This document shows, one piece after another, positions 13,782 to 31,439 of a DNA stretch of 64,000 nucleotides. The notes beneath the pieces are model-generated. The model ran no database searches and was not told the origin of the DNA. It worked only from the letters and a program-made list of their open reading frames with translations. Every line of letters begins with the position of its first letter. Within the stretch, counting starts at the first letter, position 1. The position numbers were made by a program, and so were the translations under genes. The stretch covers positions 126,499 to 190,498 of the forward strand of contig JALMLS010000311.1 in assembly GCA_038496445.1 (NCBI GenBank), read 5' to 3'. This DNA comes from Trichosphaerium sp. ATCC 40318. Taxonomy: Eukaryota > Protista > Tubulinea.

Positions 13782-13958
13782 AATAGCTTGTTTGTAATGA
13801 AACTGTGTTATTGTCAAGGTTTGACTTTTCGGGTACACCTTTTTTAACAAAAATGGACACTTTCTCTCTTACAACAAACAGCTACAACGCATTTTGGCTT
13901 GCTGTCAGCTAGCTAAAAGTATCACCTTTCAAAAAATGCTGTCAATTCATGAACAAGT

Positions 13959-14013
13959 GTCACGTGACTTTTAGGTGCCAATGAAATGAAGGTAGGCCAA
14001 TTGTATATATAAG
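13959..14013 (+). promoter_or_regulatory. Compact promoter: E-box, two CCAAT boxes and a TATA box
   Basis: gtcacgtgac at 13959, CCAAT at about 13978 and 13997, and TATATATAAG at about 14004, in canonical plus-strand order. Confidence 0.5.
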
Positions 14014-14064
14014 GCACCAACCTCGCTATTTATTTGTTACAGCAACAACTTTCTCTTCCTAGGC

Positions 14065-14163
14065 ATGTCAGGAACTACGTCAGAGACTGCTGAAGCCTAC
14101 AAAAATAAAAAAGATTGCAAACTCCTAGTTCAGCACTTATTATACTACCTTGTCAAGGCATAG
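14065..14163 (+). CDS. Candidate 32-aa small ORF
   Basis: MSGTTSETAEAYKNKKDCKLLVQHLLYYLVKA* starts about 55 nt downstream of the TATA box. Confidence 0.3.
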   Translation: MSGTTSETAEAYKNKKDCKLLVQHLLYYLVKA

Positions 14164-14174
14164 TCCTTTATCAT

Positions 14175-17100
14175 TTATTTAGAACTTAAAAAATGACAAA
14201 CGAATTCCACAGTTTGCTGCTTAGTGTAACTAAAAACGTTGATATCCTTTGATTGTGAAGACGTTGTCCTACAATGAAAAAACACTTAAACAAGTAAATT
14301 TTATAGTTACTTTTCTAACCTCGTTGCATTTTGGAACATGAGATCGGTACCATTACCATTGTAGCACTCCCACACTGTCAAGTTTCTTTCACCTAGAAGT
14401 GGAATATTTCTAGCATCTATCTTGTCTGTAGTTTGCCTTAACACTACTAGCCTATCTCCGAATACCATACTATGATATCTGGGAAGGTCCCTAAAGAAAA
14501 AGAGTTAAAACATGCCAACAGAAAAGTACTTACTGTGGAATGGGTTTGACGCCTCGTTGGTTTAACAAAGCTACAATCTCTACATCAAGAGTACTTGAAA
14601 CTAAATCAACAAGTAATTACGCTATCAGTCAAATTTGCTTTCAAGTATACCTAGTACAGTACAACAAAGAGGGAGTTGCCAACGCCTTGATATATTCGGA
14701 AATTCAAAATTATTTAAAGCCAAAGTATCAACAGGTATCAAGCACATTTCAGTGGCATTGGCCCTGCTAGAGGAACACATTTTACTACGGTTGTACATAA
14801 GAATTCACTCGAATCAATACGAAAAGATACAAAAGACTTACCGGAAAGCTGATACCCAGTACTCATTTCCAGCACTTCCACATTTTTGTTGAGTACACGG
14901 TACAAACTTGTACCATGTTTTGAGTCCAGGTAAGTACGTATCTATTGTATCTACCATTAGGCGTTCACACTGTGAAACCGAGTATTCGATGATAATCTAC
15001 AGAAGACATTAATTGACAATCACAGACACATCAGATTGCATACTTTGATACTAGACAGTTGCTCAGAATTCATGCAACGTAGTTGAGACAGTAAACGAGA
15101 TTCGACTACTATCAAAGTACTGGAGAACTTGTAAGTGAATAATTTGTTTGTTTTTTTAGACTTACTTTGGAAATTGAATAATTGATTGTAGGTGCTCTCT
15201 GAGAGCATCACTGTTCACAATGATAAGCGCCTTGGTAGATGTTAAATATGAGTAGAAGCGGTATAGTATAGTTATTACCTTAGTCTGAGGCGAGAACAAC
15301 GGTTGGAGGTTTTGAAGAAAAGCAATCTTCGAACTCGGTGGAAGAATGCCATTTCTTATTGAACTTCCTGTATTCTTCAAGAGTTGCCATAGCCTTGGAA
15401 GGTTGTTTGCGCCTAGGTTTTTTAGCATATTTAGTAGGATTTTATTTTATATTTATGAGAAGCGTACCTAACACTTGCTTGTATTTAGGTGTTTCAATCA
15501 TTTTAGTGAGCATGCTTTCAGCTGCTAGGATACTCATCTTTTGAATTGCACTTTGTAAGTTCATAGTAGCCAATAGACCAATTAAGTCTACAACAAGCAT
15601 AGCTGCAACTATGAATAACAGATCTATAGGTTACTATGCTGAAAGTACGTACATGGTGCGGACTTTGGCAGCGTTCTTAACTTCGTTTTTATGGTCCTGT
15701 AAATATGTGTGTTAGCACATGTTAAAAAAGTGTCAGCGTGCTCTGTTGAAAATAGGGACGTTACACCATAGTTAGTCTTAATCTGCTGTGTCAATCTTTT
15801 AACACAAGTGTCAAATTCAGTCAGGAGTATTTTCTCTCCTTCTGTGGGGTGTTAGTGACTCTCATTGGCGGATGACATACCACTCATTTCAGCGACTTCT
15901 CGTGAGGGAATTAGGAGAGTATCAAAAACGTTACAGTCAACTGAAGAGCGACAAACAACATTCTAAGGATTATTATTAGATCTTGGATGATTCATGTTAA
16001 ACAATACGTACGGTAATAGTTAGCTGGGTAAGCATTGTTTGTAAAACTTTGGTGTCTGCTGGAAGACCATCTGGGACAAGTACAATCCAAGTCGTATCTG
16101 ATTTGATCGATACAAGGTGTTGTATAATAGCGGAAGATGCACGTAAGCCAAGATCTATACTGTCACAAAGCAGAAACTGAAACCTACCACCATATAAGGC
16201 TATGTAATAGTACTTGTGGAATACTTTGTGAGAGTGTGGTTATTTGCCTCTAGCTCTTGTTGTGTTACTAGTTTCACTTTATTCGTCTTGGTTGAATCTA
16301 AGTTGATCGTTATTGGTAAGTAAGGTCACTGACTGTATCGTACCATTATTACAAATACGAGAAAAGAGATCATGTCTCAACTCTTTATGTCGCGCATCCT
16401 TTGTGACCTGCAAATAAAAGGTAGAATTACCATACTTGTACTAATAAAGCTGTACCCATATAACTCCATCTAGAAAAGATTAGATCCTATGTTAAAGCTA
16501 AGAATACGTACCAACAGGATAGCGAGTAATTATGTCATACGCTAGAGCAACTAAAAGGCTCACTTGTGGTACTACTTGAGGCAAAATCAAAAGACTGTTT
16601 GCTTTTCTAAGAGCGTTTGCAAGTTCTCTTTGATGGGCCAAGAGTTCCATTCCAGGAGGATCTTCTATATCCTGTGCTGAGATCATTGCCCTCACATCCA
16701 CCTTGTTCGCTTTGAACAGTTTAAAAGCTGGAAATAATCTTGATTCGCATACCTTGGCCTCTAAGACGCATGTACTGAGCAACGCTGTCCTAAAATGCGG
16801 ATGTTAGCTGATGGTTGTGATATTGACGTACACATTGCTCGTATTCTGTTGACATACGTTGTACCTTCTTGGAAGCAGGAAGTGACAGGTATTATTTTGG
16901 GAACCTTTGCAGCTGGAACGTGGGGAGACTGTAAAGTGGAAGCGTCTCTCTTTCTTTTTACAACACGTGATTTATGTTCAAGTGTACTTTTGGCTCTATA
17001 ATAGTGAGACTAAGCACAAAAGAATAACTTCACTAGTATGTACTTTATGATTGGGACCTCGCCATTAGGTACTTGGGATACTACTGTTGGTAGTTCACCA

Positions 17101-18655
17101 GGAATGCTAAGTGTATTGGGTAGGCTTGAAGATATCCTTAGATAGTTTCGTAGCAAATCTAAAGAATGGGTGTAAGTTCTAGCTCTATCTTTGTGTGACA
17201 TACTAGAAGTTGATTCAGGGCACAGACCACTTGAGCAAGTCGTTGTTGGTATCCCATACGGAAATCAAGCAACAGAGACTTAAATCGCCATTCAGGTACC
17301 TAAACTTAAAACTAGTAGATGCTTTCACAAAGAGTTCATCGTACTGGTAGTTTCTTAAAGAAAGGTACTTGTGTTTCAGACGTGGATGTCTTCATTGCGC
17401 TGAATGTTTCTTCTGTTATTGGAATGGGAATGATTGAGGTACAGAGACGGGTCTTGGTTTGTGGTTGTGCATTTTTATGTTGTGCCAAAAACAACTTAAA
17501 TCGAGCTCCAGACTTGTCAATGGCAACGAGCAGAGGCTATCAAGATAAGGACCACTATAGCTTTTAATCAACACTCACCCATTAATATTATGTGCTCGAA
17601 GTAAATAATCTGGCAAAGGCTGTTGTGGGATTTCAGGAGCTACAATAGAATTAAGATGCAAATTGGTTGAGTTCTTTTACCTTCCAATTTTTTAGCACGT
17701 GTGGACGATAAATCTTCGATAATATCCATATGTGTAGATTTGATGATTTGCTCTACATCTGGAATATTTATAAAACCTATTGCACAAGGCAGACTATTCA
17801 AAGTTTCGTAGGAGACTTTGCTACACGTATCAACGTCAAATAGTAATAGTTCGGACTATTGAAGTGTTATTGGGAATGTACTTCGCTACTAGTATACGCA
17901 CTATGGGGAACTTGTGCGAGCATTTGGTACAATCAATATCTACTTCTGATCCTTCAATTCGATAATCCACTACCTCAACAGTAAAATGATTGCTTTCCAC
18001 GGGCTCAAAGCCTTCTAGGTGTGCTTCAATATCGTTTACTGCAATAGAGCTGATATTTGTAAGAAAAAGTACAAGTGGACTTTCTGTAGACGATAGTAAG
18101 GGTAGTTCTAGTATTTGAGTTTGGAGTTGAGGTTTAAAGTCTTCATAATAAAGCGCCAGACTAGATTTGCTTGGAATTGGGTACTGTACTGGATCCACAA
18201 GCTGTTTGATAAGCCTGACGGATTCGTACTCTGGCAAGGGTTTTTCTCTTGGTGGACACTCGCTGTTTTTCAGTGCTGCTGAGATTGATGATAGTCCTGG
18301 AAAAGGTTGGAGTGGGAGTATTGGTTCGTCCAGGCATTGTGGCATTGCTACATGCGTCAGCTTTACTAACCTATCTACGTACATGTTTTCTTTTTAATTC
18401 TAAGCGCTCTAGGTATTTCAACTGGTACTACCCAGTCATTGTTGGGTATCGATGGCTTCCATATTGATACTCCCTTCGGATGCGTTTCTTGAGTAATGTC
18501 AAGCATTTGAACCAGTGATTGTCTATTGACGTTAGAAAGGATAAAAAGTGCTACTTGTACATTGTAAACTCGGAAAGGGGTATCTTCTTCCAGGGTAGAA
18601 GCATAACGCGTTTCGGATATTTATATTGCCTATCGAGGAACTGAATAGATAACAT
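14175..18655 (-). CDS. Large multi-exon hypothetical protein, possibly SHOC1/Zip2-like
   Basis: Many exons are joined by GT-AG introns. Resemblance to SHOC1 is weak and from memory (FTYKFSSTLIVVE...IIEY; C-terminal VEIVALLNQRGVKPIPQDL). Confidence 0.45.
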
Positions 18656-19453
18656 GCGAGCAAGAACGTGCAAAAAAGCACTGAGTTTTCAGTGACGCGT
18701 AGCTGTCACTCTTTACACAAACAAAAAATAGTATTCAATGTATTTCTTGGAGGATTTGCATTGTATACAGCTTGCAAGTTCTCATGATACACTAAGATTT
18801 ATGTACAATTTAGAGCAGCGTTATTGTGATGCCTAGTTCTATATTTCAAATCACAAGTTTCCGTACGGTTATAGTGGGTGGACTATATTATCTTCAACGT
18901 CTTTCCACATTTGCAGTGACATTCCTATTTTTTTCTTAAATAGCGCCTACCGTATTGGCTATGTATTCAACATTCTTCAGCTTAACAACGATAAGCTTTA
19001 TACAAGTCAAGATGGAGTGACGGAAGTACTTCTGCACACAAGCCTCCATCTACATCTAGCACTATTCCTGCTATCACATGTGAAGATCCATCACTCAAAC
19101 CAGCTAACAATGTAGTAGACGGCAATGGCACTAGACGTAAATACCAACAAATGAGAGATTGAAGAACAACAATAGTAAAAATCAAATAAAAAATCTGTGT
19201 GCTATACGGTGCAAGTTCAAAATCACGCAAACTCTAATTAATATGGGTTTCAGACAGAATACAATTAAATTCTTGCAAACAGCCTCGTTCGACAATGACC
19301 GTCAAGTGCACAGTCAGATCAGGTAACGGTTGTTTTATAAAGTAACTGAATCATTGCAATCAAAATAAAAAACAGCGAGTTTTCATTGACGGCGCATTTC
19401 GTTTTACAATTACAAAGCGTTGTTGCTAGTAGTTAATGTATTAGCTGACAAAA

Positions 19454-19861
19454 TTATGCTTTGGCGTTTGCTGTGCCAACTCTAACAGCTTGTTGAAGGA
19501 GCTCTAGATTAACGTCTTTTGATGGTAGTTGCACGTAACGCACTGTAGAGCCGCGAATAAAGCAATTTTTGACTGATATCTACGTTCTGTTACTACTTTA
19601 ACAGTATTTAATTCTAGTACCATGTGAGGGTATTTTTCTTCCTCAACTACGCCAATATCTGTGAGTTTTAAGTTCAAATATTGATCTACAGCAGAAAGAG
19701 TTCCTAACAACGTCAATTTTCGCTGTACAGTATTAAACGCGTACCAACAATCGATAAATTGCTTTTTAATTCAACAATTATTTCTTTACCAATCAGTGTT
19801 TTAAAAAAGGAGTAGAACAGCTACAAACGTTAAAACCTAATCGTATTGTTTATTGTACCAT
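19454..19861 (-). CDS. LSM2: U6 snRNA-associated Sm-like protein LSm2
   Basis: M|LFYSFFKTLIGKEIIVELKSNLSIV|GTLSAVDQYLNLKLTDI...KYPHM|ISVKNCFIRGSTVRYVQL. Confidence 0.96.
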
Positions 19862-20025
19862 TATTTCAGGGCAAAGAGGTTGCTGTGAGTCAAAAAATGC
19901 TCCAGTTAAGAAAGGACAAGATTACGACTAAGCCAATTCAAGAAAAACTTTGCGTTACATTCTTTTAGTGACAAATCTAACGTGGGTCTTTATTACAGTA
20001 TGGTTTATGTTCGAGTAAAGGCTGC

Positions 20026-21301
20026 TTACATTTTTGTCAAAATCAATTGTCCTCTTGGTACCAATCCTAAACAACTACTGTTACGCAGATGTAATACGCG
20101 TTAAAACCGGGTGTACTACGTACCTAATTCAGCCAGAGTCATTGAGTATTTCTCACCACCAAAGACTTGTTTTGGGAAGTTTGTCATGAGTTTAAATGGT
20201 TCATGTCCGTCTGTTCTCTTTTCATTAATAAAATTCACTACTGTATTTATAGTGTCTCTAATGGAGATGGAATGTGAGTGCATGAATTAGTGTAGAAGCG
20301 GTATCATACGTTGGTTTAAAGGTTCCACGGATTGCTCTTCCATTTGTTAATCTAATTTGCAACAAGCAAGAATCATAATCAGTTGGCTTTTTAGCAGCAG
20401 CTACAACAACAGGAGCTGGTTTTGGTACTGGCTGAGCGGGCTTGCCAGAGTTGGCTTGCTTCCTTCTTTCTTTATCTATTCTGATTTGCTCCCTGATCTT
20501 TGCAAGCGCAGCTTTATCAGCAGCTTTCTCCTTTAGAAAAAGCCATCAGTTTTAATTTATAAATAAATCACTATCTAGCCAACCTTTGCTTTTCTCTCAC
20601 GCTCCAATTTCCATTCCATATCCTTTCGGTCTTCTTGAGCCTTTTGAAGGAGTTTACCTTGCTCGCGTCTTAATTTTTCAGCTGCCAGTTTATCGGCTTG
20701 TTCTTGTTTTTGTTTTTCTATTCGAATGCGTTTTAATCTCTCTTGAAGACTTCCAAACAATTAGAGAAAAACAGTTTCATTGCATGCTTACGCCTTTTCT
20801 GCTTCTTCTCGTTCCTCTTTTGTCAATTGTCGCTTCTTTGGCGGCTCTTCTACAGTAAGATCGGCCGCTTGTTTGATGTTAAAAGAAATACACAAAATAA
20901 GCTGTTAGCGCATTTTTGCATACCTGGAGTATCTGATGACGTAGTAGGCGCTGGACCAGACGGTGTGCTACCTAAAATCGGTTAATTTAATTATGAATTG
21001 ACGTTAAATACCCAAAGAATAGCCTTGGTGTACTACTATTGGCTCATCTATATCAGGGTCGTCTGAGTGAGCCACTATCCTACGTTTGTTACAAAACGAA
21101 ACAAAAGTAGCGTACCAATCTAGTGCTGGTTGCAAACCTCGCGCTCCTGTTTTTCTGGCGGCTTTTTCAGCTCGAATATCTGGAAAACCCTTACTTTGCG
21201 TTAGAGCATAACAACATGGCGAGTAGACGTAAATTATACGAAAAAATACGCACCATTGAAACAAGCATAGTTTTTATCGAATTAACATCGGATTGAGACA
21301 T
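20026..21301 (-). CDS. UBXN1: UBA-UBX p97 adaptor, UBXN1/SAKS1-like
   Basis: N-terminal UBA (LVSM|GFPDIRAEKAARKTGARGLQPALDWIVAHSDDPDID), charged coil, then UBX (CLLQIRLTNGRAIRGTF...LMTNFPKQVF...LAELGLVPRG). Confidence 0.88.
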
Positions 21302-21513
21302 CACTACGCGTGTACTCTGCTACTAACTATTATTTTACAAATACTTACTGTCAGACTGCACGTGCCTTAACATACAATCAGTGAATGGTGGTTTAGTGCA
21401 TTCTCAATGTCCTTTGATCTTGTTGTTAGCATTAATTGACGCTTAGTTTTAATTGCACGCTTGTAGAAGCTAACGTTGAACTTGCAATGAAAGTTTTGTT
21501 TTTTTCTTTACAA

Positions 21514-22602
21514 TCACATGTACAAGTGAGATGTAGCAGAACTGGCTTGGATTTGAGAGAGTACTTTGCTGTATGTAAAACTACCATCCTTCTTTTCAGG
21601 CATAATTGAAAATAGAGCTGGTTCAAACGCTTGAAGTGTTTCTATACCAAGACGCGCTTGAGCAAGACTCAAGTACAGTGTTGCCTCCAGTTTACGTAAT
21701 TGACACTTAAAATGTTTTGTTTAGTTTCTAAAAAATCTATGATAGAGTATCGTACGTGAGAAAGGATAGCAGCTGGAACCTTATCAACAAGAATTGGTGC
21801 TTCTAAAAATGGACAAATGTCATCGTTCTTCTACGTGACATTTTAGCTTATTACTTTGACATTTGAACTTTATACATACCTTGCACGCGCCGGTGGTGCA
21901 TTTTCTCAATAGTGGAGGTTTATCTTCTTTATTTGCAGTGAGTCTGAATTGATATTCCAAAATCGACGAAAAAACGAATACTCTAACATTTCTGGTTAGT
22001 CCGTTAACGTCACACCAATTTACCTTGTTGGAGTAACCACCTCATATACTTTTTTACACCAATCAAACGCCCTGTCTGCTGGTATTTCGTAATGACAAAT
22101 AATTGCCATTACAGAATCAGAAAGTTTGTATAACACGTTCCAAGGTTCTCTAACGTTTGAAGCGTTGCGTTTGTGTACACGTCTTTGTTTAAACTAACTT
22201 TTGGTCAGCACAACGTACAAATGTCAAAAAAAAAAAACGTACTTGCTCTTGGACTTCCTCAATTATGAATTCACCTACTTTTTCTTTGTCTGGAAAGTGT
22301 GTATGAAGGAAACAAGATGCAACCTCGCCCACGCCTTATAAAACGTTATTCACGCTCGTAATGGTATCAACGTACCAACCAGAAGTGTTTGCGGCGTTAA
22401 TTGTGCTCCATCAGGCTACAGAAGTTAAACAAAAATTATGTCATCCCTACTTTATCTCTTTCGACACTAATGTGGTAGGGAGAGCGCTGTGGCGTACTTG
22501 AAATTGTATTGGTTTAGGGGCAACATAGTTCTCCTCTTCAACGCCTTCATCATCCCAATTTCGTGACCAAGATGCAGGGTCGTGATTCCAAAAGTCAGCC
22601 AT
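21514..22602 (-). CDS. PSMG1: Proteasome assembly chaperone 1
   Basis: N-terminus MADFWNHDPASWSRNWDDEGVEEE; C-terminal CPFLEAPILVDKVPAAILSH|CQLRKLEATLY; ends SHLYM*, an HbYX-type tail. Confidence 0.8.
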
Positions 22603-22688
22603 AGCAAAAATTAATACAATTTACATTAAATGTCAACTTAACACTGTAGCCGTTTTGTGTATTGTTACACGAGTATGAAAGCCCGCCA

Positions 22689-26200
<3,512 letters not shown>

Positions 26201-26363
26201 TAGTTGTCAGAATGTACAACTCTTGTAAATATAAGTAAAAGACGTTAACTTTTTTTTTCCAGTCAGTTTTCCCTTCACGGACGTTCAGTTCCCAAACATT
26301 CAGTAACTCACTGTCATTGACACATAATCTTGAGAGCAGCACTTCCCTATTCGTTTTGACGTG

Positions 26364-29300
26364 ATGGCGTCTGTTGCGACACCTTTGATTAATCCTGTAG
26401 CTGATACGATCAGTAAACCAACGTTTTGGACTAAATTCCGCGCTAACGTTCGTTTTAATGCGTATTTGACGTTGCTAAGCGGTTTTAGTTCTTGAAGAAT
26501 ATTGTACTGGAGAGAAGACAACGCGCACTGCTAGGTACGTTTCAGCATACGCTACAGATACTTCTTGTTTGTGCAAAGATGGTTACGTTAACTAACAACA
26601 TTAGGTTGTCAAATCGCCATACCTCTTATTCTCTTGATAGCAGTTGGCCTGATGAGTCTCTTAATAAATGACCAACCGTTTCTGAAGGTTCGCAATCTAC
26701 AAAAATGTCACACTTTCCAATCCAAAAAACATAACTATTGCGTAGGGCAAAAATGTCCTTATATTTGAAGAAACTGGTTGTGTGTCACGTACAAATGATT
26801 ATGTCTTCTATCAGGAGAGTGCTAAGCCATACGTTATGAATTACTTGTACTCTGAAGAACCAGGACAAGATGTTGGGCTGCCTACAACCCGCGACTCTGT
26901 TCGTCCACGGAATTACACCAGTAAGCACTCTAATTTTTCTTCGTATTCGAAAAAACATGGAACAAGTAAACAAGAAAAAGCAAACAAAACCTGTTGCACT
27001 CTTGCGTTTTTTGTAGTAGACAGAATGGAAATAATGCTTAATAAACTGTTACCTTTACTGACCACTTGCGACAGAGCTTATGGACTACTTTCCACAATGG
27101 CATTTAGACGGTCCAAGAGATTATTATTCGGGTGGCCCGCAGTACAACGAAACAATCATGTTTTTCGATAAGCAACCATCGTTTGATGATTCTAATCTGT
27201 TCTACAAGAGGGCATTCAAGTAAGACCGTTTATTATTCATAGTGGTCACTAATTACACTTTTTCTGCTTATAGATCTCTATCTGAATTTGATTATGATCT
27301 TTGCTTTTACGATTGTCCAAATTCATCCGTATTCTTGCCAAATGGAGGTAAACTTTTACTCATCAGTCATTGCGCTTTTTTTTGCTCAAAGAAATAGCAT
27401 CACAAAAAAAAATTATTTATGCCTAACTTCTTTATTTAGCACTTCATTTTGAAACAGTTAATGTGACTAGTAATGAATATAGATACTCTATACAGGTACC
27501 AAATCGTTATCCTAAAATCATACAACGAATATTAGACTCTTCCCTGAAAAAGTTGTTTCTTTTGGACGTTTACTTCTCAACCACGTGCTTGATTGATACA
27601 CTAACATTCTTTTAGGGAGGTATAGGCCATAAATACTTTGCTTCCAATACAATTCAAACTGCACAAGATAGACGTGGTCCTTATAGTAGTCAATTCACAA
27701 CTATGAAAACCATAAACATTGTGAATAGGTTAGTTAACAAAACAGTACACTCGTCTTTTTAATAGCCATGTAGTGCCCTATACCGTATGAATTCAGGATA
27801 CAAATTTCCTGTAAACGAATCATCTCCATACGATACAAAGGGTGTGCTAGGTCTGCAAATGTGTTTAAGTGTACGCCATTCTTTTTTGTTTACCAGCTTA
27901 TCAATTTACTGTTCACTAGTACTTTTCTCGTATATTCGCGAAGGTTGGAGCGTCATTGAATTACTCAGTACAAGTGTGGGTAATAGCTTTTTCATTGTCA
28001 GCAACACTACCTCTATTCGCGTACAAGTTTGTACTTGAACGACAAGCAGGTCTTACAACAATGACAAGAAAGGTATACTCATTCTTACAGTTGAACGAGT
28101 TCTGCGTCAACTAAACACACTTTTTGTCTAGATGGGCTTAACGGCATCTGTGTATTGGCTAACTAATTACGTACACGATGTGTGTCTTTACTTAATCACA
28201 GTCATTTTTGTTTGGGCATGGGCAGGTGCTTTTCAAGTACGGACTAAATCCGTTCCGGTTAATTTCTTATTTTTTTTCCCTCCGCTCTAGTTCCGCCTCA
28301 TCCGTGGTGCACCGTACGTAACTCCAGGTTGTTGGTTGTAAATTAACATATATATAACAGATTTTTATTCTACTTGCACTGCATAGTTTGGGCGCATGGC
28401 ATGTTCTCAATGTCTGTATTTTGGAGCGCAGTTTTTAGGTCTACAACACAATCTTTACTCTTTGGATTTGTTTTGAGTTTAGTACATGTCCTTTTGGGGT
28501 GCCTAGAGAACTACCTAGGTAACCATTCTTACATACAAGAGCATAGTTTTCTAATTGTTCTGTAGTGTTTGAAGCAGGTCAATTTTTATTGTGGCCGCTA
28601 CTGTACCCACCAATGGCATTCTATAGAGGTAAGAAAGACATTGGTTTTATTGTTCAAAATCCTAGTTAAGATATCACGCTTATTTGTTTTTAAATAGGTT
28701 TATTCACTCTTGCTCACGCTCAAGCGTCACCTCATATACTCTTAATGTCAGATGCTGAACGTGTATCTGGGTGGTGCATATTAGTATCATTGGTAACAAG
28801 CAGCGTATTTATTGTGATTGGCATGTACGCACATTAACACTTGACCACACAAAATGGAAACGTATTGTTGATCGCTTATGTTAACTAATTCTTAAGATAC
28901 ATGCATGAGATTCTACCAAAGAAGAAGGGAATGCCAAAACCATTCTATTACCCTTTTGTAAATCTGTACAATTTGGTATTCCGTAAAAAAACTGCACCAA
29001 AATCATTATCTCTTAATAGCATGACATCAACTGTACAAGAAAATCTGGTTAGTTCTTTCACAAAAAAACCTTTAACTTTACACCCTACTTGCGCTCATTG
29101 TTTTTTTAAGATACCAAATGACCTTGAATCTTCAGATGCTTGCCTTATCGTCAAGGATATTACTAAAACGTTCAAGAGTAGAAGGTAAGCACATCTCTAA
29201 ATTGTTTCTTATTTTTTTCTTATCGTATTTTTTTAAGTGGAAATGTTCAAGCTTTACGCGGTGTTTCTTTTCAGTAGATGATGGCACATGCTTTGGACTA

Positions 29301-30588
29301 CTTGGTACAGATACTAATGAACTAGCAACGCTAATATCGAAAAGGACCTAATGGTGCTGGCAAAACAACACTCATTGACATCTTATCTGGATCTCAAAGC
29401 CCAACAACAGGTAATCCCACCATTGTCCTACCTGCTATTATATCACCATGTTCTCTAACTTTAAATTCAGGCAACGCACTTGTGTGGGGCTATTCTTTAA
29501 CTGGTCAGATTGATGCAATACATAAAATAATTGGATACTGTCCTCAAGAAGATATACTTTACGACGATCTTAGTGTTCGTGAGCATTTGCTCTTCTACGC
29601 TCGATTGAAAGGACATCCACAAGGATCTGAAAGAGATCACATTGAGGACGTTATTGAGCAAGTTGGCTTAGCGAATGAGAGAAGGTAAGCAAACAAACTA
29701 CCTTGATACTAAAGTTGATGTCTATTTTAGGCGTCTTGCAAAGGATCTAAGTGGAGGGCAAAAGAGAAGATTGAGTATTGCTATTGCACTAACAGGTAAT
29801 CCAAAAGTTGTGTTCTTGGATGAACCCACTGCTGGTTTGGATCCTGGTAACAAAAGAGGTTTGTGGGAAGTCATTCAAAAAGCTAAGGTACAACACAATC
29901 CCATCGATTACACCAAAGGTTGCAATTATTGCATAATCACAAATTTCAGCAAAAAGACAGGCCTTTTTCTAATTTGAGGCTATAACAAAAAACAACCTTT
30001 ATTGTACACGTGCTTACAATCGCTTTTCTCAGAAAAACAGAGTGTTTATTCTTACAACACACTCAATGACTGAAGCTGATGTATTATGCTCCCGTATGGC
30101 TATCATAAATCAAGGAACAATCCGTGCTTTGGGAAGTCAACAACAACTTAAAAGTCAATACGGAGAAGGATATAAAATTGATATTTTCTGCGATGATAGA
30201 TACTGCGATAAAGTAGACGAGTAAGTAGTACCATCACACTCCCACTTGCTTCATATTTAACACTTTCTTACTAGTTATGTTACGTCACTAGTACCAAATA
30301 TTATTGCAGGCGACACCAAAGCTAAAGGACACTTGGTTTACCGTCTTCCAAAGGATGCCGCATTATCAAACATTTTCACAGAAATTGAAAAGAAGAAACT
30401 AGCATTAGGTACTTATTAGAGTGGCTTTCTTCACTCCATCTTTTCCTTGTGGCCTTTGTTGACATATTGCTTTTGAAGGTATTAAACATTGGGGACTCTC
30501 TCAAGCAAATCTTGAGGAAGTATTTTTATCTTTAGTAAATGAACCAGAAAAGTATGATAAAGCTGTAGATTTGGAAGTACACCTTTAA
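26364..30588 (+). CDS. ABC transporter subfamily A, half-size (one TMD plus one NBD)
   Basis: Walker [22 protein letters not shown], signature [12 protein letters not shown], Walker [23 protein letters not shown] and C-terminal LEEVFL. Several upstream TM exons are present; some exon boundaries are unresolved. Confidence 0.92.
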
Positions 30589-30913
30589 TACTCAAGGCTT
30601 TTTACACCATATCTTGCCCTCACCAATAAACAATTGAATAGCCACACCGTAGTATATTTGTCTAAAACCTTGTAGAACATCATCATTTTGGTTGTAGAAT
30701 GAAAAACGTACAGTTAACATTGTTTCACATATTTGGCTTACTGAATTGTTTGACAGCCAATCATTTACACGTTCCACAGCATAGAAAGCGAGGCTGTGTT
30801 AGTACAATCAATAGAAACATCGCCCACGATAGGTTTGCTGTCTTATAATTGAACCAGTCTGCTGCTCAACTTTCAAATTTATTTACAATTGTTGTGAAGT
30901 GGTTAAAAAAACG

Positions 30914-31439
30914 TCATTTGTGCTGACTATCAGATATCATGCTCATTGCATCAACAATACCAGTCCTAGTAAAATGAGATCTGTGCGCGTTTAAAACGAA
31001 GGTACCTTAGTTCTTTCATTTGATTTGACATGGATGACAGATTGTCCTTGGCACTAGTTTTCCAGCTTTCTATTTGCAAGAAAAGTGCCGTGGCATCGTA
31101 AATTGATGAACACAATGCCTGTTCCTCTGCTTTGTGGGCCGCTTTTTCTTTTTTGAGGCTAGCTTTTATTTCTTCTGCAGAATAGTCTTTAAATTGCGCT
31201 ACACTGTTACAAGTATTATTGACGTTAGACTAAAAGCATACGTACTCTTCTGTAGATGTTTTTACAGTTTCAGACGTCAACGTAGCACCTTTTGAGCGTA
31301 TGTGAGATTAATAATACGCGTTTCACGTACTATTAGTGTCTTTTGGTAAAATATTAAATAACGACCCGTCTTTTTGGTCATCTAGTGCTCTTAAATCGGC
31401 TAGAATATCGTCCTTGCTAATATTGTGGCTATTTGCCAT
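30914..31439 (-). CDS. Small hypothetical protein
   Basis: Spliced MANSHNISKDDILADLRALDDQKDGSLFNILPK...ISDSQHK* with GT-AG introns. Confidence 0.5.

Noticed and set aside
14894-14938. Minus-strand TACTTACCTGG (U1 snRNA 5' end) next to a near-perfect 11-bp hairpin
   Set aside because: No U1 loop I, loop II or Sm site follows, and the segment lies in an open exon of the large minus-strand gene.
18700-19230. Possible small spliced gene between the large minus-strand gene and LSM2
   Set aside because: I could not build a stop-free model, so it is left unannotated.
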